Part shown: positions 45,586-56,516 of the stretch, piece after piece | Numbering within the stretch: the stretch's first letter is position 1 | Layout: each line of letters opens with the position of its first letter | Origin: Cyanidioschyzon merolae | Taxonomy: Eukaryota | DNA: 64,000 nt | Strand: one strand, 5' to 3' | Assembly (NCBI GenBank): GCA_000091205.1 | Contig: AP006483.2 | Made by a program: the position numbers and the translations under genes | The notes under the pieces: model-generated | The model's database searches: none | What the model was told of the DNA's origin: nothing | What the model saw: only the letters and a program-made list of their open reading frames with translations

Positions 45586-46056
45586 TTAAAAGACACATGT
45601 CTTCTGACGTAAGCTGCCGTCAGTGCCATCTTCCGCACGCTTGGGTGCTGCGATGGTCATGATATTCGTGTCCCCAGGGTCCGCGCCAACGACATTGTCG
45701 TTCTCCTGGACCTCCTGCATCACAGGATCCGCCTCGTATATATGTTCATGTTTCGTCGCGGGCGAAGCCGGGGACGGAACTGGACGATCTACCTTCAAGC
45801 ACTTATAATCTACAAATATGGCTACTCCATCACTTTTGATCATCCCAGGGAATAACTTTTGCTTGCTCACTTTGAGGCGTTCGAAATCGAACATATTCTT
45901 CCAGTACGTCTCCCGGTTTTCACCGGAGAACTCGAAATTCCTTACATCGAACTCTGGACTGATCTCCTTCATGATGCCATGAAGGACGCTCGAGTCGATT
46001 GCCACAATATCTGACTTGACGGTGCACAACGGAGCGACATGGAAGCGCTTACCCAT
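45586..46056 (-). CDS. Central exon/fragment of the TnpB/Fanzor-like nuclease carrying the RuvC-I motif (GADPGDTN)
   Basis: See the mobile_element entry. Its reading frame is also open for >40 codons upstream of the listed start, overlapping ORF 46056-46286 in another frame. Confidence 0.45.
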   Translation of the reverse strand: MGKRFHVAPLCTVKSDIVAIDSSVLHGIMKEISPEFDVRNFEFSGENRETYWKNMFDFERLKVSKQKLFPGMIKSDGVAIFVDYKCLKVDRPVPSPASPATKHEHIYEADPVMQEVQENDNVVGADPGDTNIMTIAAPKRAEDGTDGSLRQKTCVF

Positions 46057-47042
46057 TAGGGCAGCCTCCCGTCTCTCCGACTCTTCATTTTTTCCCCACT
46101 CAGCTTCATCTCTGCCTTGCGTTCGAGTTCTCGGTCCAAAAACACAAAATACCGTAGAATGAGGCGATAGTATCTTTCCGTATCCTTTTTCAACTCTGAT
46201 ATCTTTTCTACTGGATTCGCTAGCCCCAGTACCGCACGACGCTCTTGAATAGACGCACGGATTCCAGAAGCTTCATTCCTTCTCATGTGTGATGTCTTCT
46301 TGTCTACGGATTCGATCCTCTGTTCATTCTCCCTATCGTTCGTGATGCCATCGATGGTGACCCATCTCGCCCTGTGAGGCAGGGCCGCCTATAATGCAAA
46401 CGCGGTGCGTATCATGAAACGTTCGAGGTTCATAGTCATATCGCTCATCAGGTACGTGGGGTACTTCATCGCTCCGTAGGTGCGAATTCGCCAGTCTCCC
46501 CTCTATCGAGTACCGTTGAGGCGGTATTCGGCGTACTTTTTGTGCAGTATACACACTCGCGCATTTTTCGTCGACATATCCCAGGTGCTTACCATCCGGT
46601 AGCGTATAACGGTCTCGTTGAAAAATTCCTCCGGAACCTCGACTTTTTTGGTGTCCGTCACGTTGTTGTATATCTCTTTTACCAAATGCACTAGTACTGG
46701 AAAAGCCTTTACAATACTCAAGGAGTACGACTCGACACGGTTTCCGATGGCCTCTCGCAACTTCTGCTTGTACGGATCCTTGATACATCCAAGAAAACGA
46801 GCTTTCACTACCATCTCGTCGTACTGTCGTCTTTGATGCAGGCATAGACGTCTGGGATCCTGTCTCAGCTTCTTGGACGTGTCTTGTTCCTCTTTGCTCG
46901 GCACTGTTCTCCGTTTTCTTCCGGCAGCCGGTGACACCAGGCCTCCAGGATCCTCTACTTCCTTCTCCACAACTTGCCTTTTTTCTATAATTTTAGATTG
47001 AATGCTCTTTGAACGCCTCTGCTGTAAACAGTGTAAAATCAC
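46056..47042 (-). pseudogene. N-terminal region of the TnpB/Fanzor-like gene: one reading frame running 47042 to ~46056, interrupted by two in-frame TAG codons (~46503 and ~46400), then a +/-1 frame change into the RuvC-I exon
   Basis: Hand translation shows ORFs 46503-47042 and 46056-46286 share a frame. The sequence between them ('RGDWRIRTYGAMKYPTYLMSDMTMNLERFMIRTAFAL*AALPHRARWVTIDGITNDRENEQRIESVDKKTSH') is protein-like apart from the two TAGs. These could be unspliced introns or decay. Confidence 0.35.
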
Positions 47043-48020
47043 TTGAATTCACTAACTTGAGGGTCGAAGCATAAGTGAACTGAAAACTATACTTTGTTAT
47101 GACTTGAATGTAAATACAAGTTGTGCGTTAGACACCAAGTCAACGAATGATCAGGATCGCATATCCCTTCAATGCCGAGATGCTCGTCGCGTCTGATGCC
47201 TCCAAGATGCGGAAATGCGCTAACCGACCGGACTATATAGAGCAAAGAACAGAAACGAACCATTAAATAGCAACGAGATGGCAATTTCTTTCCCCTCTAC
47301 GGTAAACGTTAGAAAATGGCAAACGCTTTCCGTATAATCGAATGTCTACAGGTGGCATGTCCCGCGTGCCGGACGAGTCTGCAGGGCTAATGCTTCGTGC
47401 TCGCCCCAGTGGCAGATGCTTTATTGAGACCTGCGCAACTCGTCCGAAACGCTGCTTATTCTGGGACTAGGAGCGGCTAGCTTGCATCTGGGCATCGCGC
47501 TTGTCTCAGCGGACTCCTCGTGTATTCCTTCGCGCTGCCGCATGCAGTAGATCTGTCTGAACAGATTCCAAGCCCCCAGAATAATAATGAATCGCGACCC
47601 GGTATCGCGCTAGCCACGCCTCGAGCCAACGTCATCACTCGCATGGTAAAAACGATCTATCTCCGTGATGCTTGTGCTCCAGCGGCATAGGCGCTCCTGC
47701 AGGTACAGCACGACAGGCACTCGGCGCTCGATCGAACGCACAAAACGAATTGTATATCCGAAAAGAAGTATAGGTCATGCAACTTGGAGAAAGGATGCAG
47801 CAGCACGATGTACGCCTCCTCGAAAGCCAATATCCATCCAATCCGCAACCTGAAATCCAAGGTCAACGGACACTTTTCAGCCATCGACAGAATTCCCGCT
47901 GCGCTACGCCGCGCGTACCCGCAGGCTGCGCGCAGGCGCCCCGTTTCCAATCGATTCGAGCGTTTTCAAACGCAGTGCTCCGTATAGGCACGAGTTCCAG
48001 CGCCAAAAGTGCGTGATAGA

Positions 48021-48320
48021 ATGCCGGCTCAGCAGATACAGTACTCGGAAAAATATTATGATGATACATACGAGTACCGTCACGTTATTCTGCCCCCAGA
48101 TATTGCGCGTCTTTTGCCGAAGAACAAACTTCTCAGCGAGGCAGAGTGGCGGAGCCTTGGCGTGCAGCAGTCACGGGGCTGGGTTCACTACGCTATCCAT
48201 CGACCAGAGCCCCATATTCTCCTATTTAGACGCCCGTTGAACTACTCGCAGGGTGCTACTACTGCGACGACGGGGCTATCGCAGAACCCTTCTGAATCTG
48301 CCTCACACGCCGTTCCGTGA
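48021..48320 (+). CDS. CKS1: Cyclin-dependent kinase regulatory subunit (CKS1/Suc1) with a C-terminal extension
   Basis: '[69 protein letters not shown]' is almost collinear with human CKS1B/CKS2. The track ORF starts at 48009 with GTG; the first ATG is 48021. Confidence 0.9.
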   Translation: MPAQQIQYSEKYYDDTYEYRHVILPPDIARLLPKNKLLSEAEWRSLGVQQSRGWVHYAIHRPEPHILLFRRPLNYSQGATTATTGLSQNPSESASHAVP

Positions 48321-49230
48321 ACAGCAGAGGATGCGGGGAATCGCTCACCGGCCGCGTCGTTCGGGTGACAGCGGTAGCATTCCCCAGCAAAAAACGTCTT
48401 GATGCAAGCGGTACTAGATGCTTGTATTCGGTTGCGTTGAAGTTACTGCATTCGTTCTTCTGAAACTGTCGCGGAATGAGACCGGGTGTGGTACGACTGG
48501 TCAGGGGTGCTTTGCAGCAAGCCCAGGCCTCGTTTGACGGGAGTATGCGAGCTAGCGCCCCAGCGCGCTCGCCACCTCAGGTACACGCTTTCAGTTCAAT
48601 GCCTCTGGTTGTCTGATTGGCATGGTCCGCTTCGGATTCGGTCTCAAGAGTTGTGACGCTGCGTGCGCCGCCTTGCCCTACTTTCCGCAGCAGCAATGCT
48701 GCGGGCCTGCTCGGCAACCGTGAGAGTTGACGTTGTCTGGGGTTCGCTGAAGACGCACAGGCAACTGATTCCCCTGAAAAGGTTCGAAGTAGCGGTGATT
48801 GCGCTCCAATGTCCAGAGATGCTACGCAAATAGCGTTATAGCGGATCTTTTGGACCAACAGGGACGAAAGCATGGATTGCGCTTACCCGACAGCACCTGG
48901 ACGATGCTTACAACCTGACGAGTGAGGGCCCCGTGTGCTCGTAATGAAAATTTGCACAGTTTAATGTGAACGCAATTTCGTAAAATCGAATGCTCACATC
49001 TAGCATCTGCACCTGAAGCGGTCGAGGAGGCAGCGTCTCTGTCGCGGCGCATCAGACATGGACGCCAATGCAGCAGCCCTGTTACAGGAACGGATTGCAC
49101 ACAGCGGGTGTACGTAAGCTGTTCAAGCAAGTGCCCGTCCCCCGCCTGCAACGCACAGGGCGGGATCGCCTGCTCAATAGTGCGGTATCCGTGCGCCCCA
49201 GCACGATGCTAGCCGCTCTAGAGATGGGTG

Positions 49231-49842
49231 TTACCTGGCGCTTTCCGCCGCTTCATCCGCCTGCTCCGCGAGCTCAACACAGTGTCGAACTCCAGGCTGC
49301 GGCGGGTTCAACGCAGGCTCTGACGACTTCGAGAACGACCAGTCCAGGAACGCCCCAAAAGCACCGAGCACCGCGCAGATACCGACCCCAGTGCCGAGCG
49401 AGCCAGCGCGAACCCCAAACGCGCTGCCCGCGAGACAGCCGCCTATCGCGCTATTCCAGGGGTCTTGTTTGTCACCACGAAGCGCTCGTGCTGAGTATTC
49501 GCCCACGACGAACAGACCGCCAATGCTGGACAGGAAACCAGCGTGCGCAGCTACGGTGCGCCACGGTGACTGCAGAGCCGGGTGCACAGGCGCACCGCCT
49601 TGTGCGCTCGTCGCGGATGTGAAGTCTACAGGCCTGACGCTCCTCGAGAGACCCTGGAAGCTAAACGGGGCACGACGTGGACGCTCGCCCGGTTTCGTGG
49701 CTTGGAACTGCGCGAGCGGGTTCTGCTCGTAGCTGTGCCAGTAGACGATGGAAGCACCCATTGCAGTTCCTAGCAGAGCACCTGTTACCATGCTCTGTAC
49801 CAGCGTAGGCAAGAAGCCTGCATCATCCTGATCCGAGGCCAT
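49231..49842 (-). CDS. Tim17/Tim22/Tim23 family (PRAT) mitochondrial inner-membrane translocase subunit, ~203 aa
   Basis: 'RGDKQDPWNSAIGGCLAGSAFGVRAGSLGTGVGICAVLGAFGAFLDW' closely matches the Tim17 core 'R.KEDPWNSiiSGalTGA.LA.R.G...' with GxxxG packing motifs. ATG at ~49842 lies inside the longer track ORF 49231-50190. Confidence 0.6.
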   Translation of the reverse strand: MASDQDDAGFLPTLVQSMVTGALLGTAMGASIVYWHSYEQNPLAQFQATKPGERPRRAPFSFQGLSRSVRPVDFTSATSAQGGAPVHPALQSPWRTVAAHAGFLSSIGGLFVVGEYSARALRGDKQDPWNSAIGGCLAGSAFGVRAGSLGTGVGICAVLGAFGAFLDWSFSKSSEPALNPPQPGVRHCVELAEQADEAAESAR

Positions 49843-50862
49843 GAACCGATCCCTCGTCTCGGTGGTAAGCGCCGCGGTGCTGCTGCCGCACAACTGCAGC
49901 TGTGCGCGATCTGCTGCCGTCGAATGCCGTCGACGACGCGCTGTGCCTGCGGGAACGCGCAATGCCCTGCAGACGTCATTCGTTTGGGCGTCGTTGCTCC
50001 GGAAATGGGCGTCAAAGGGTACGCTCCTTGCGACGAGCTTGCTTGTTTTGGTCCCTGATACTGTGCTTAGCGTTTCGCGGAACCCGCTTCCGCATACATT
50101 CCCAGAATGGCGACGACGGCGCAGGAACACGGACGAGGTCCGAGCGTCCGAGAATGCCAACAAGCGGTAAGCGTTTCTCCAGCGCTTCAAGTCTCATTGT
50201 TGTACCGCGACGCGACCAAACATACCACGTACTAGAAAAGAGTACGAACGCGCCCTGAGCTGCATATCGTGACCGGAACACCCATGGCGCTGCAGCACCA
50301 CGTTCGCTAGGGGCTTCAGTTTTCCGATCGTATATAGAGATGTTCTCGGGGATGCGTCCAGTTGTCATATCTACGGAGGATCGTGCCAGGCACATATTCA
50401 TCGCTCCGAGCACGCATAATCTGCCTATGCTTCGCTTTATCCGTATGTGACAGCATGCCGATCAAGTGCCCCGTACCCATAAAGCCAATCCCCATCGAAG
50501 CCGTATTTTCATAGCACTCGCATTCGGAACGCTCCCAGGATAGACGCACACTCCAGGTAGGACGTGTACGCTGTACACACGAGTCTATGCATGCACGATT
50601 CACTGATTTCTTCGAGCAAATGTTCATGCATGCATGCATGCACTGCGATGGACACGTCACCCGCAGCCTCGACGAGTGCACGCATCGTGCGCACGCATCG
50701 TCGGGCAACGGCTGTGCGTACAGCGCTCGCTGCGCGCACACGCTCCCTCCGCACTCATTGATTCATTCTCTTTCGTGTTTTTCACGCGACAACGTGCGTG
50801 CGCTACTGTACAGGAACGTGCGCAAGAGCGTTCCGGTACACCCCGGAGCACTTGGTGCACCC

Positions 50863-51702
50863 ATGGGTAACCGACCCTCCACGGAGCGACGGCTGGCGGG
50901 TGATGCAACTCGGCAACCGCCACCGCCGCCACCGCCTGGCAGGTCTGTGAATGCACGCAACGGGCCGACTTCATCGACGTCGACCACGTCAGTACCGTGG
51001 ATGCCGCAACAAGCTCCAGGCCCTGCATCTGAGTCTCCGCCAACCTTTACAATGGCGGCAGGCACGCGACACATATACGCACCGAGTCTGCCGATACGGC
51101 CGCTGACCGAAGTACCCTACTATCCGTACCTGCGGTATCGGGTTGTTGTCGAAGACGAGTACGGTTCGTTGCTCGTAGTGACACGGGAGGGTCTTCGTCG
51201 TCAACGGGATGCCATTCGAGTTGCTTGTGAAACGGAAGCAGATCCTTACGCACTCATCGCGCTGGCCACGTGGCAGCAACGCAAAGCACGCGTGAGTCCA
51301 GTGGAGCTCGACCAGGTTTGTCCGCCGCAGCGCTTCGCATCGCTGGAGGCCAACGACGCCCACACTGTCGAGACTACAGCTGCGCAGACTTGATCTATCT
51401 GTCTGGAGAACTTCGCACCGGAGTCTGCTGTTCGAAAACTGCCCCGATGTGGTCATGTTTTCCATGACGATTGCATTCGCGGTTGGGCATGCCACAAGCG
51501 TGCACAGTGCCCGGTGTGCCGAACCTGGGTTCTTGACGACGCTGACATGTTGCGACGTTCCATGGCCGAGGCAGCGATCAGGGCTGAGCTGCAACATGCA
51601 GCCCTTGTCGAAGAACGAATACGGGAGTACTTGCGTCGTCAGGTTGCTTTATCCAGAGCATGCGGTTGCCGAACCGATACACAGGTTCCGAACGGAACCT
51701 GA
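50863..51702 (+). CDS. RING-H2 finger protein (probable E3 ubiquitin ligase) with an N-terminal MGxxxS myristoylation-type motif. The reading frame contains an in-frame TGA at ~51391-51393, exactly where the first RING cysteine is expected.
   Basis: Track ORF 50587-51393 and the downstream ORF are in the same frame (both positions congruent to 1 mod 3). Across the TGA the translation reads '...VETTAAQT*SICLENFAPESAVRKLPRCGHVFHDDCIRGWACHKRAQCPVCRTWVLDD'. Reading TGA as Cys gives the canonical 'C-x2-C...C-x-H-x2-H-x2-C...C-x2-C' with the typical CxICLExF and LPxCxHxFHxxCIxxW context. Confidence 0.55.
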
Positions 51703-51713
51703 ACAGTCTCGGG

Positions 51714-53703
51714 TCAGAATTTGTTTTCTGAACTGAACACACACTCTCGAAGACGCGCTTTCAGATGCTCGAAGGATTCCCTTTCATCGCGAACCTGTCT
51801 TACGAGTCGGTACCAGCGACTCGGAGCGGAGTCGGGTGATTCCATGGACGCTTGTGATTGCGGATCATTCGGGGACTGGCGATTTTCCGCTGGTAACGCC
51901 CCAGCAAAGCCCCACGAGGCAGCACAGCGCGTTTGCTGCGGCCAAAGCGTTGCAGGAACGAGCATATCCGCTGCCCCAAGCTCCGTTAAATGACGCACAA
52001 CCCAGCCCGCCAGCTGCGTTTGCAAATAGAACGATTCATGCTGCTGGTTTGCGTCTGTCATGGTAGCTTGCAGGGTCGTTACGCACTGCTCTGTGATCGT
52101 TGCGATTTGATAACATGTCTCCGCGTGGCGCGAGTTCGTTCGGACATCGGCCCAGCGTCGAAGCGCACTGGCCCAGCTCGCCCAGCGTGAGGCAATACCC
52201 GCAACGCCACTTGCGGTGAAGCTGGTGTCTGTGGGCGCGTCACGAGTCGATTCCGCAGCCACCGTTGGCACATCCGTCTCACTCAGCTTGAGAAGCACAA
52301 TCGAGAGCGGTAGCATCGGCATTGGCTCAGAAATACAGGGGAATGAGATGCACTGGGTTTGGAACCAGTCCCACAGAATGTCGAAAGAAACGTTTTGTGT
52401 ATGGCGGACAGCAAAACATGCAAAGGCAGATTTGCGGTTCTCGTACACGAGCACTGTATCGTGCAAATGTTTTGTGCACGAAATACCCTCAGGCGTTGCT
52501 CTCTTTGTCGTCATTGCTGACGTTGGTGTTGGTGTTGTCGTCGCCAGTGGCGATAGCATCATGAGCACCACCAGCGGGAATCGTCGTTGGCGCGCAAAAT
52601 CCGTGGACATCTCGGTCGCTTTCGATCGAATCACTTGTTTGAGCGGAGACGCGCACACTGATGGTGCGTCACCGCGCACCACGGCCAGCAGACCAGCCAG
52701 GTTATCGGGACACATGTTCCCTGGCAAAACAAGCTGCAGCTGTTGCCGCTGATGCTGCGCATACGACTCGGAATCATCTTGCTCGTTGCATCGGATACAG
52801 AGGTCCTGACAGAGTCCTTGGACGAGGTCTTTGCACACAATGTCGTGCGGGGGCCACCAGACACCAATCCGCAGGTCTCCTGCTAGGGATGATGCCAGAC
52901 GCAGTACCGCGAAGGTCTCAGGTGGCGGCGCAGTTTGCTGCACGCGCGGGCTTGTTGATGGATGCTCGGGCGCTGCAGCGGCCGCGACCGGCGGTAACGG
53001 CAGCGACACTAAACGAGTCAGCGGACTGGGGCGAAGTACCAGCTCTTGTACGAGGCGATCACGAAGCAGGCGTTGTGTCTGTGCGATGGTGGCTTCTTCA
53101 CGGAGCTTGGAAGCCGCCTGGACCGCACGCTCAACAGCGCTTTGATACGCAGCGATTTGGCGGAGTAGGCGGTTGATTCGTGGGCCAACCTCTGAAGCCG
53201 GTCGACTAGCTGCGCTCAGTTGCGCAGCAGTCTGTTTGAGCTGACCCAAAACATGATGTGTTTGCTCTAGACGTGATTCGAGCTCGGTCAATTGCTCCCA
53301 GAAAGATGATGGTAGTGCGCCACCACGCTCACGCAGATTTTGCGCAAGATATCGTTCTAGCATGAGACCAGCGAGCACCAAGTACTCGATGGCATAGGCG
53401 GGCTCGTGGCGCGCCAGGAGCCACTGCGCATCCAATTGTTCCAGGGCTGCTTCGACTTGCTCATCGTGTGCTGCTTCCATTCGCACCAGAGCAGCGCCCG
53501 TGGGCGGTATGGGCGGCGGCATTGCCGTCACCGGGCGCTCGCGTGGCACGTCACTTGGTGCGAGGGTTTTGTCATCGACAGCCACCGAGGAGTGCTCCAG
53601 CCCAGACTCGCGCCCTGTTGGCGTTGCTCGCGTCTGGTGTGGTGTCATCAGTGCTGGGATCGCTTCAATAGGCGCTCTCTGGACGGCATCCGAGGCCATT
53701 TCT

Positions 53704-53742
<39 letters not shown>

Positions 53743-56516
53743 TCTGTAGCCTGCCTTTGAGCCTTGTTGTCGAACTGAAAAGACGCGGGCGCTGGCTTCG
53801 TAGGCGGCACGATTCCTGTCTGCCCTGTTGACGACCATGGCGAGCGTGCAACCGCACGCTCCGATACCTCCTCCGGCCGTATGGTGCGTTGCGAGGTCGG
53901 TCCCATCACCGCTGCGGCAGCTTGTACTGGAGCGTTCACAGCTGCCGTAGCAACTGCGTTCCATTCGCGCCGCCGGCTGCCTTCAGCTGCAGCTGGCTGT
54001 TGCGCATCCGCGGCATAGGCGTCTGCGGCAGAAACTTTGCCTCCTCCACTGATAGACGCCGTCGGGGTGTTGGTCCCAGTTTGGAGCAGCAGCGGCCGCG
54101 CATCCTGCAACCTCTGCGCTCGTTCCGAGTCGTGCACGTCTCGGTCAACACCAGCAGTACATTCATGCATCTGGGGCGTTCCGACTTGTGAGCCAAATGC
54201 TACCGGCTCTTTTGTTGCTGCTTCCGGAGATGGACGCGGTTCGAGAAGCGATTGCGCGTTGCGGACACATGCAGTTGGCAAGTCCACCGAGATGCCGTTG
54301 CCACTGCCGCTGCCGCTGCTGCTGCTCGCCATCTCGTTACGAGGGCATGCGTCCGACCACTTTTCGCCACCAGCAGCGCCAGGCACGCCGCTTCTCAACT
54401 CCACGCTCATCTGATGCGAATCGCTTCTATCCTGAGAAAACGGCGCCGAGTTCGCCGTTGCAGGCACGGCCACGTGCGGGTCTTTGGAAGCCACTTGTCG
54501 TTCGGAACGCTGTCTGGCGAGCTCAGCAGCTATACGCTCCCGCAAACACTGCTCCCGGGATGCGGGCGGCACCTTGCCTTGGATAATTTCACTGGGTTTG
54601 AGGCCCAGCGCCTTGCGTTCGACACAACGCTGGCCTACGAACCAGTAGAGCGGTCGCAAGGTCGCCTGTGTGGCGTCGGCTGTCTTTGCACGCAGTCTGG
54701 ACACGTGTGGCTCCAGTGTCGCAAGCGCGACGCTGTCACCGTCGACGGTAACGTGCAAGTCGCAGCTCCGCAGGAATGCTGCTGCATCGTCATCATCATC
54801 AAAGGCAAGCAACGACACCAGCGCGCTGAGAGGCCATACTTCCTGACGTGCTGCGGCACGAGCCAACTGCTCCAGCGCCCACAGCCGCATCATACCAAAG
54901 TGCCGATGCATCATACACGCTTGGAGGAAGGAGACTTGCGCGAGCAATCGACCGAAAAACGCCTGAAAATCGCCAGCTTGACGAGCCCGAATCACTTGCA
55001 GTGCAAGCTGAACTTGCTCACTGTGCAGTGTCTCCGGATCGAGTTCGCGCAGGATCTGGATGACGGCGTCGTTGCGGTTCTGGAGTAATAGATAGTACGC
55101 CTCAAACTCGCTTCGATGGGCACTTACAGAACGACCCTGTCGAGCGGCTTCTCGATAGAGGTGACAAAGCGCTAATAAACATTTGTCAAGCTGCTCCATA
55201 TTCTGTTTTGAGGAGAAGACCTCTGGTCCAGTGACGGCCAATCGATACTCGGCGAGGATGTGAAAGCGTACGCACTGCTCATGCACCCAGGCACAGTTGG
55301 TGTCATAGATACCCTGGTACGTGAAATCCTGTCGAATACTGCGTGTTCGATCCCGTAAGAACGCGTAGACTTCGTGAAATGGAACATCTTCACGATCCAC
55401 AATATGCTGCAACAGGTATTCCATTGTCTGACGCAACACGTGCGGTGGGCGCACTTGTTCCGGACGCACGGCTTCTGCACCGGCAGCCGGTCGCGCAAAC
55501 TTTTTCACCATGAGTTGTGGGTTCGGCTCGAGGGTGCGCTCCGGGTTCAAACTCATTTCGAGAACATGCACGTCACGTTGCATCCGACGTTGGTGTTGCT
55601 CCTCCAGGGGACACATCATCAGGCAGGTACCCAGGAGCGCAGGTTGCGCATCCAGCGGCAACGGCAGCGCAGTGGATGCGCTGCTCCCAGCCTGTTGCTG
55701 AGAGTCTCCGTGCTCCCCAGAAGCGAACACGGGCTCCCGATGCTTCGTCCAGGGATCGGTTGTGGAACGAGCGTTTGGTGGCAGGGCGTCGCTTCGGAGG
55801 GTCTCGTCGTGCTGAGCATTCAGGTCTTCATGATGGGCGTCACTGTGTGCAGTGGTTGTTGCGGGCATCGATGCTTGAAAAACACTGATACGCTGCTCTG
55901 GAAACGTACCGACAGTGGAAGCTGTTCGTGATGCGGTTTCCCAAGTCTCGTTCAACGTCCCGGGTAGTGCTTGATATCCACTGGTCTGGGTCGGCGGCGG
56001 GAAAGCGGCAGCTTCTGTGGTCGAACGAGTTATCGACTGCAGGGATGATTTGGCGGCGTTGACAGATGCTCCTGCTGACGTTCCCGTACGCTCTTCGGGA
56101 ATCATCGCTGGTCCGAATGCGTTCTGAGGAGGATACGCAGCTTGCCAGCGCTGCAGGGACGCTCGTGCTGCAGGCGGGATATAGTAACGAAGGCGAAAGT
56201 TCGGTCGGTTTCCCAGCGCAGAGGTGGTCGTGTTGGGAGCCTTACGAAGCGCTGCAGCTGCAGCTCTTTGCGTCTGAAACTCTATGAGCGCGCTCCGTTT
56301 CTGCGGACGCACCTGCACGCGGGTCACTTGTTTGGGTACCACCTGTTCGAAGTATGTGCGAAGGCGCTCTTCATCGCAGTACGCTTCAGGGCACTGGAGC
56401 AGCAGCAGTGTCCGGCCACGGTACCGCACCTGTCCGGTTGGCGAGAGGTAGATCTGACCTTCATCGGGTAGCGCTTCGAGTACTTTGCTTCTTTCGTGGA
56501 ACTCAGCGGTGTCCAT
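51714..56516 (-). CDS. SAC3/GANP-domain protein (TREX-2 mRNA export complex scaffold, GANP/Sac3-like), 1600 aa
   Basis: SAC3/GANP/Thp3 homology block 'GTCLMMCPLEEQHQRRMQRDVHVLE...MVKKFARPAAG...RPPHVLRQTMEYLLQHIV...FHEVYAFLRDRTRSIRQDFTYQGIYDTNCAWVHEQCVRFHILAEYRL' preceded by an N-terminal RRM-like segment. ATG at 56516. Stop is 11 bp from the convergent RING gene stop. Confidence 0.75.
53701..53740. repeat. (GCA)n microsatellite inside the SAC3/GANP gene (poly-Ala on the minus strand)
   Basis: gcagcagcagcagcagcagcagcagcagcagcagcagg. Confidence 0.85.

Larger units (their letters stand above)
44800..47350 (-). mobile_element. AT-rich island carrying a TnpB/Fanzor-like (OrfB_IS605 / RuvC-like RNA-guided endonuclease) gene, fragmented across ORFs 46503-47042, 46056-46286, 45586-46056 and 44853-45509
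   Basis: Composition switches sharply from GC-rich to AT-rich over ~2.5 kb. ORF 45586-46056 ends with '[23 protein letters not shown]', a GxDPGxxN motif of the RuvC-I type. ORF 44853-45509 carries Cys-containing spacers and then 'RLECVNRDFSASINIKSYAV', the C-x-NRDxxAxxNI RuvC-III signature that closes TnpB/Cas12/Fanzor. The two motifs have the order and ~200-aa spacing seen in TnpB. Confidence 0.5.

Noticed and set aside
45586-46056. RuvC-I-like '[11 protein letters not shown]' as an Hsp70/actin-fold ATPase phosphate-1 loop (GIDLGTTN)
   Set aside because: The motif is similar, but it is followed within ~200 aa by a C-x-NRDxxAxxNI terminal motif characteristic of TnpB RuvC-III and sits in a compositionally foreign island. 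A nuclease is the more parsimonious reading, but this was not proven.
46333-46845. 170-aa ORF overlapping ORF 46503-47042 in another frame within the TnpB-like island
   Set aside because: His/Arg-rich composition that is not protein-like. The alternative frame (47042 to 46056) reads as continuous protein apart from two TAGs, so this one is most likely a shadow ORF.
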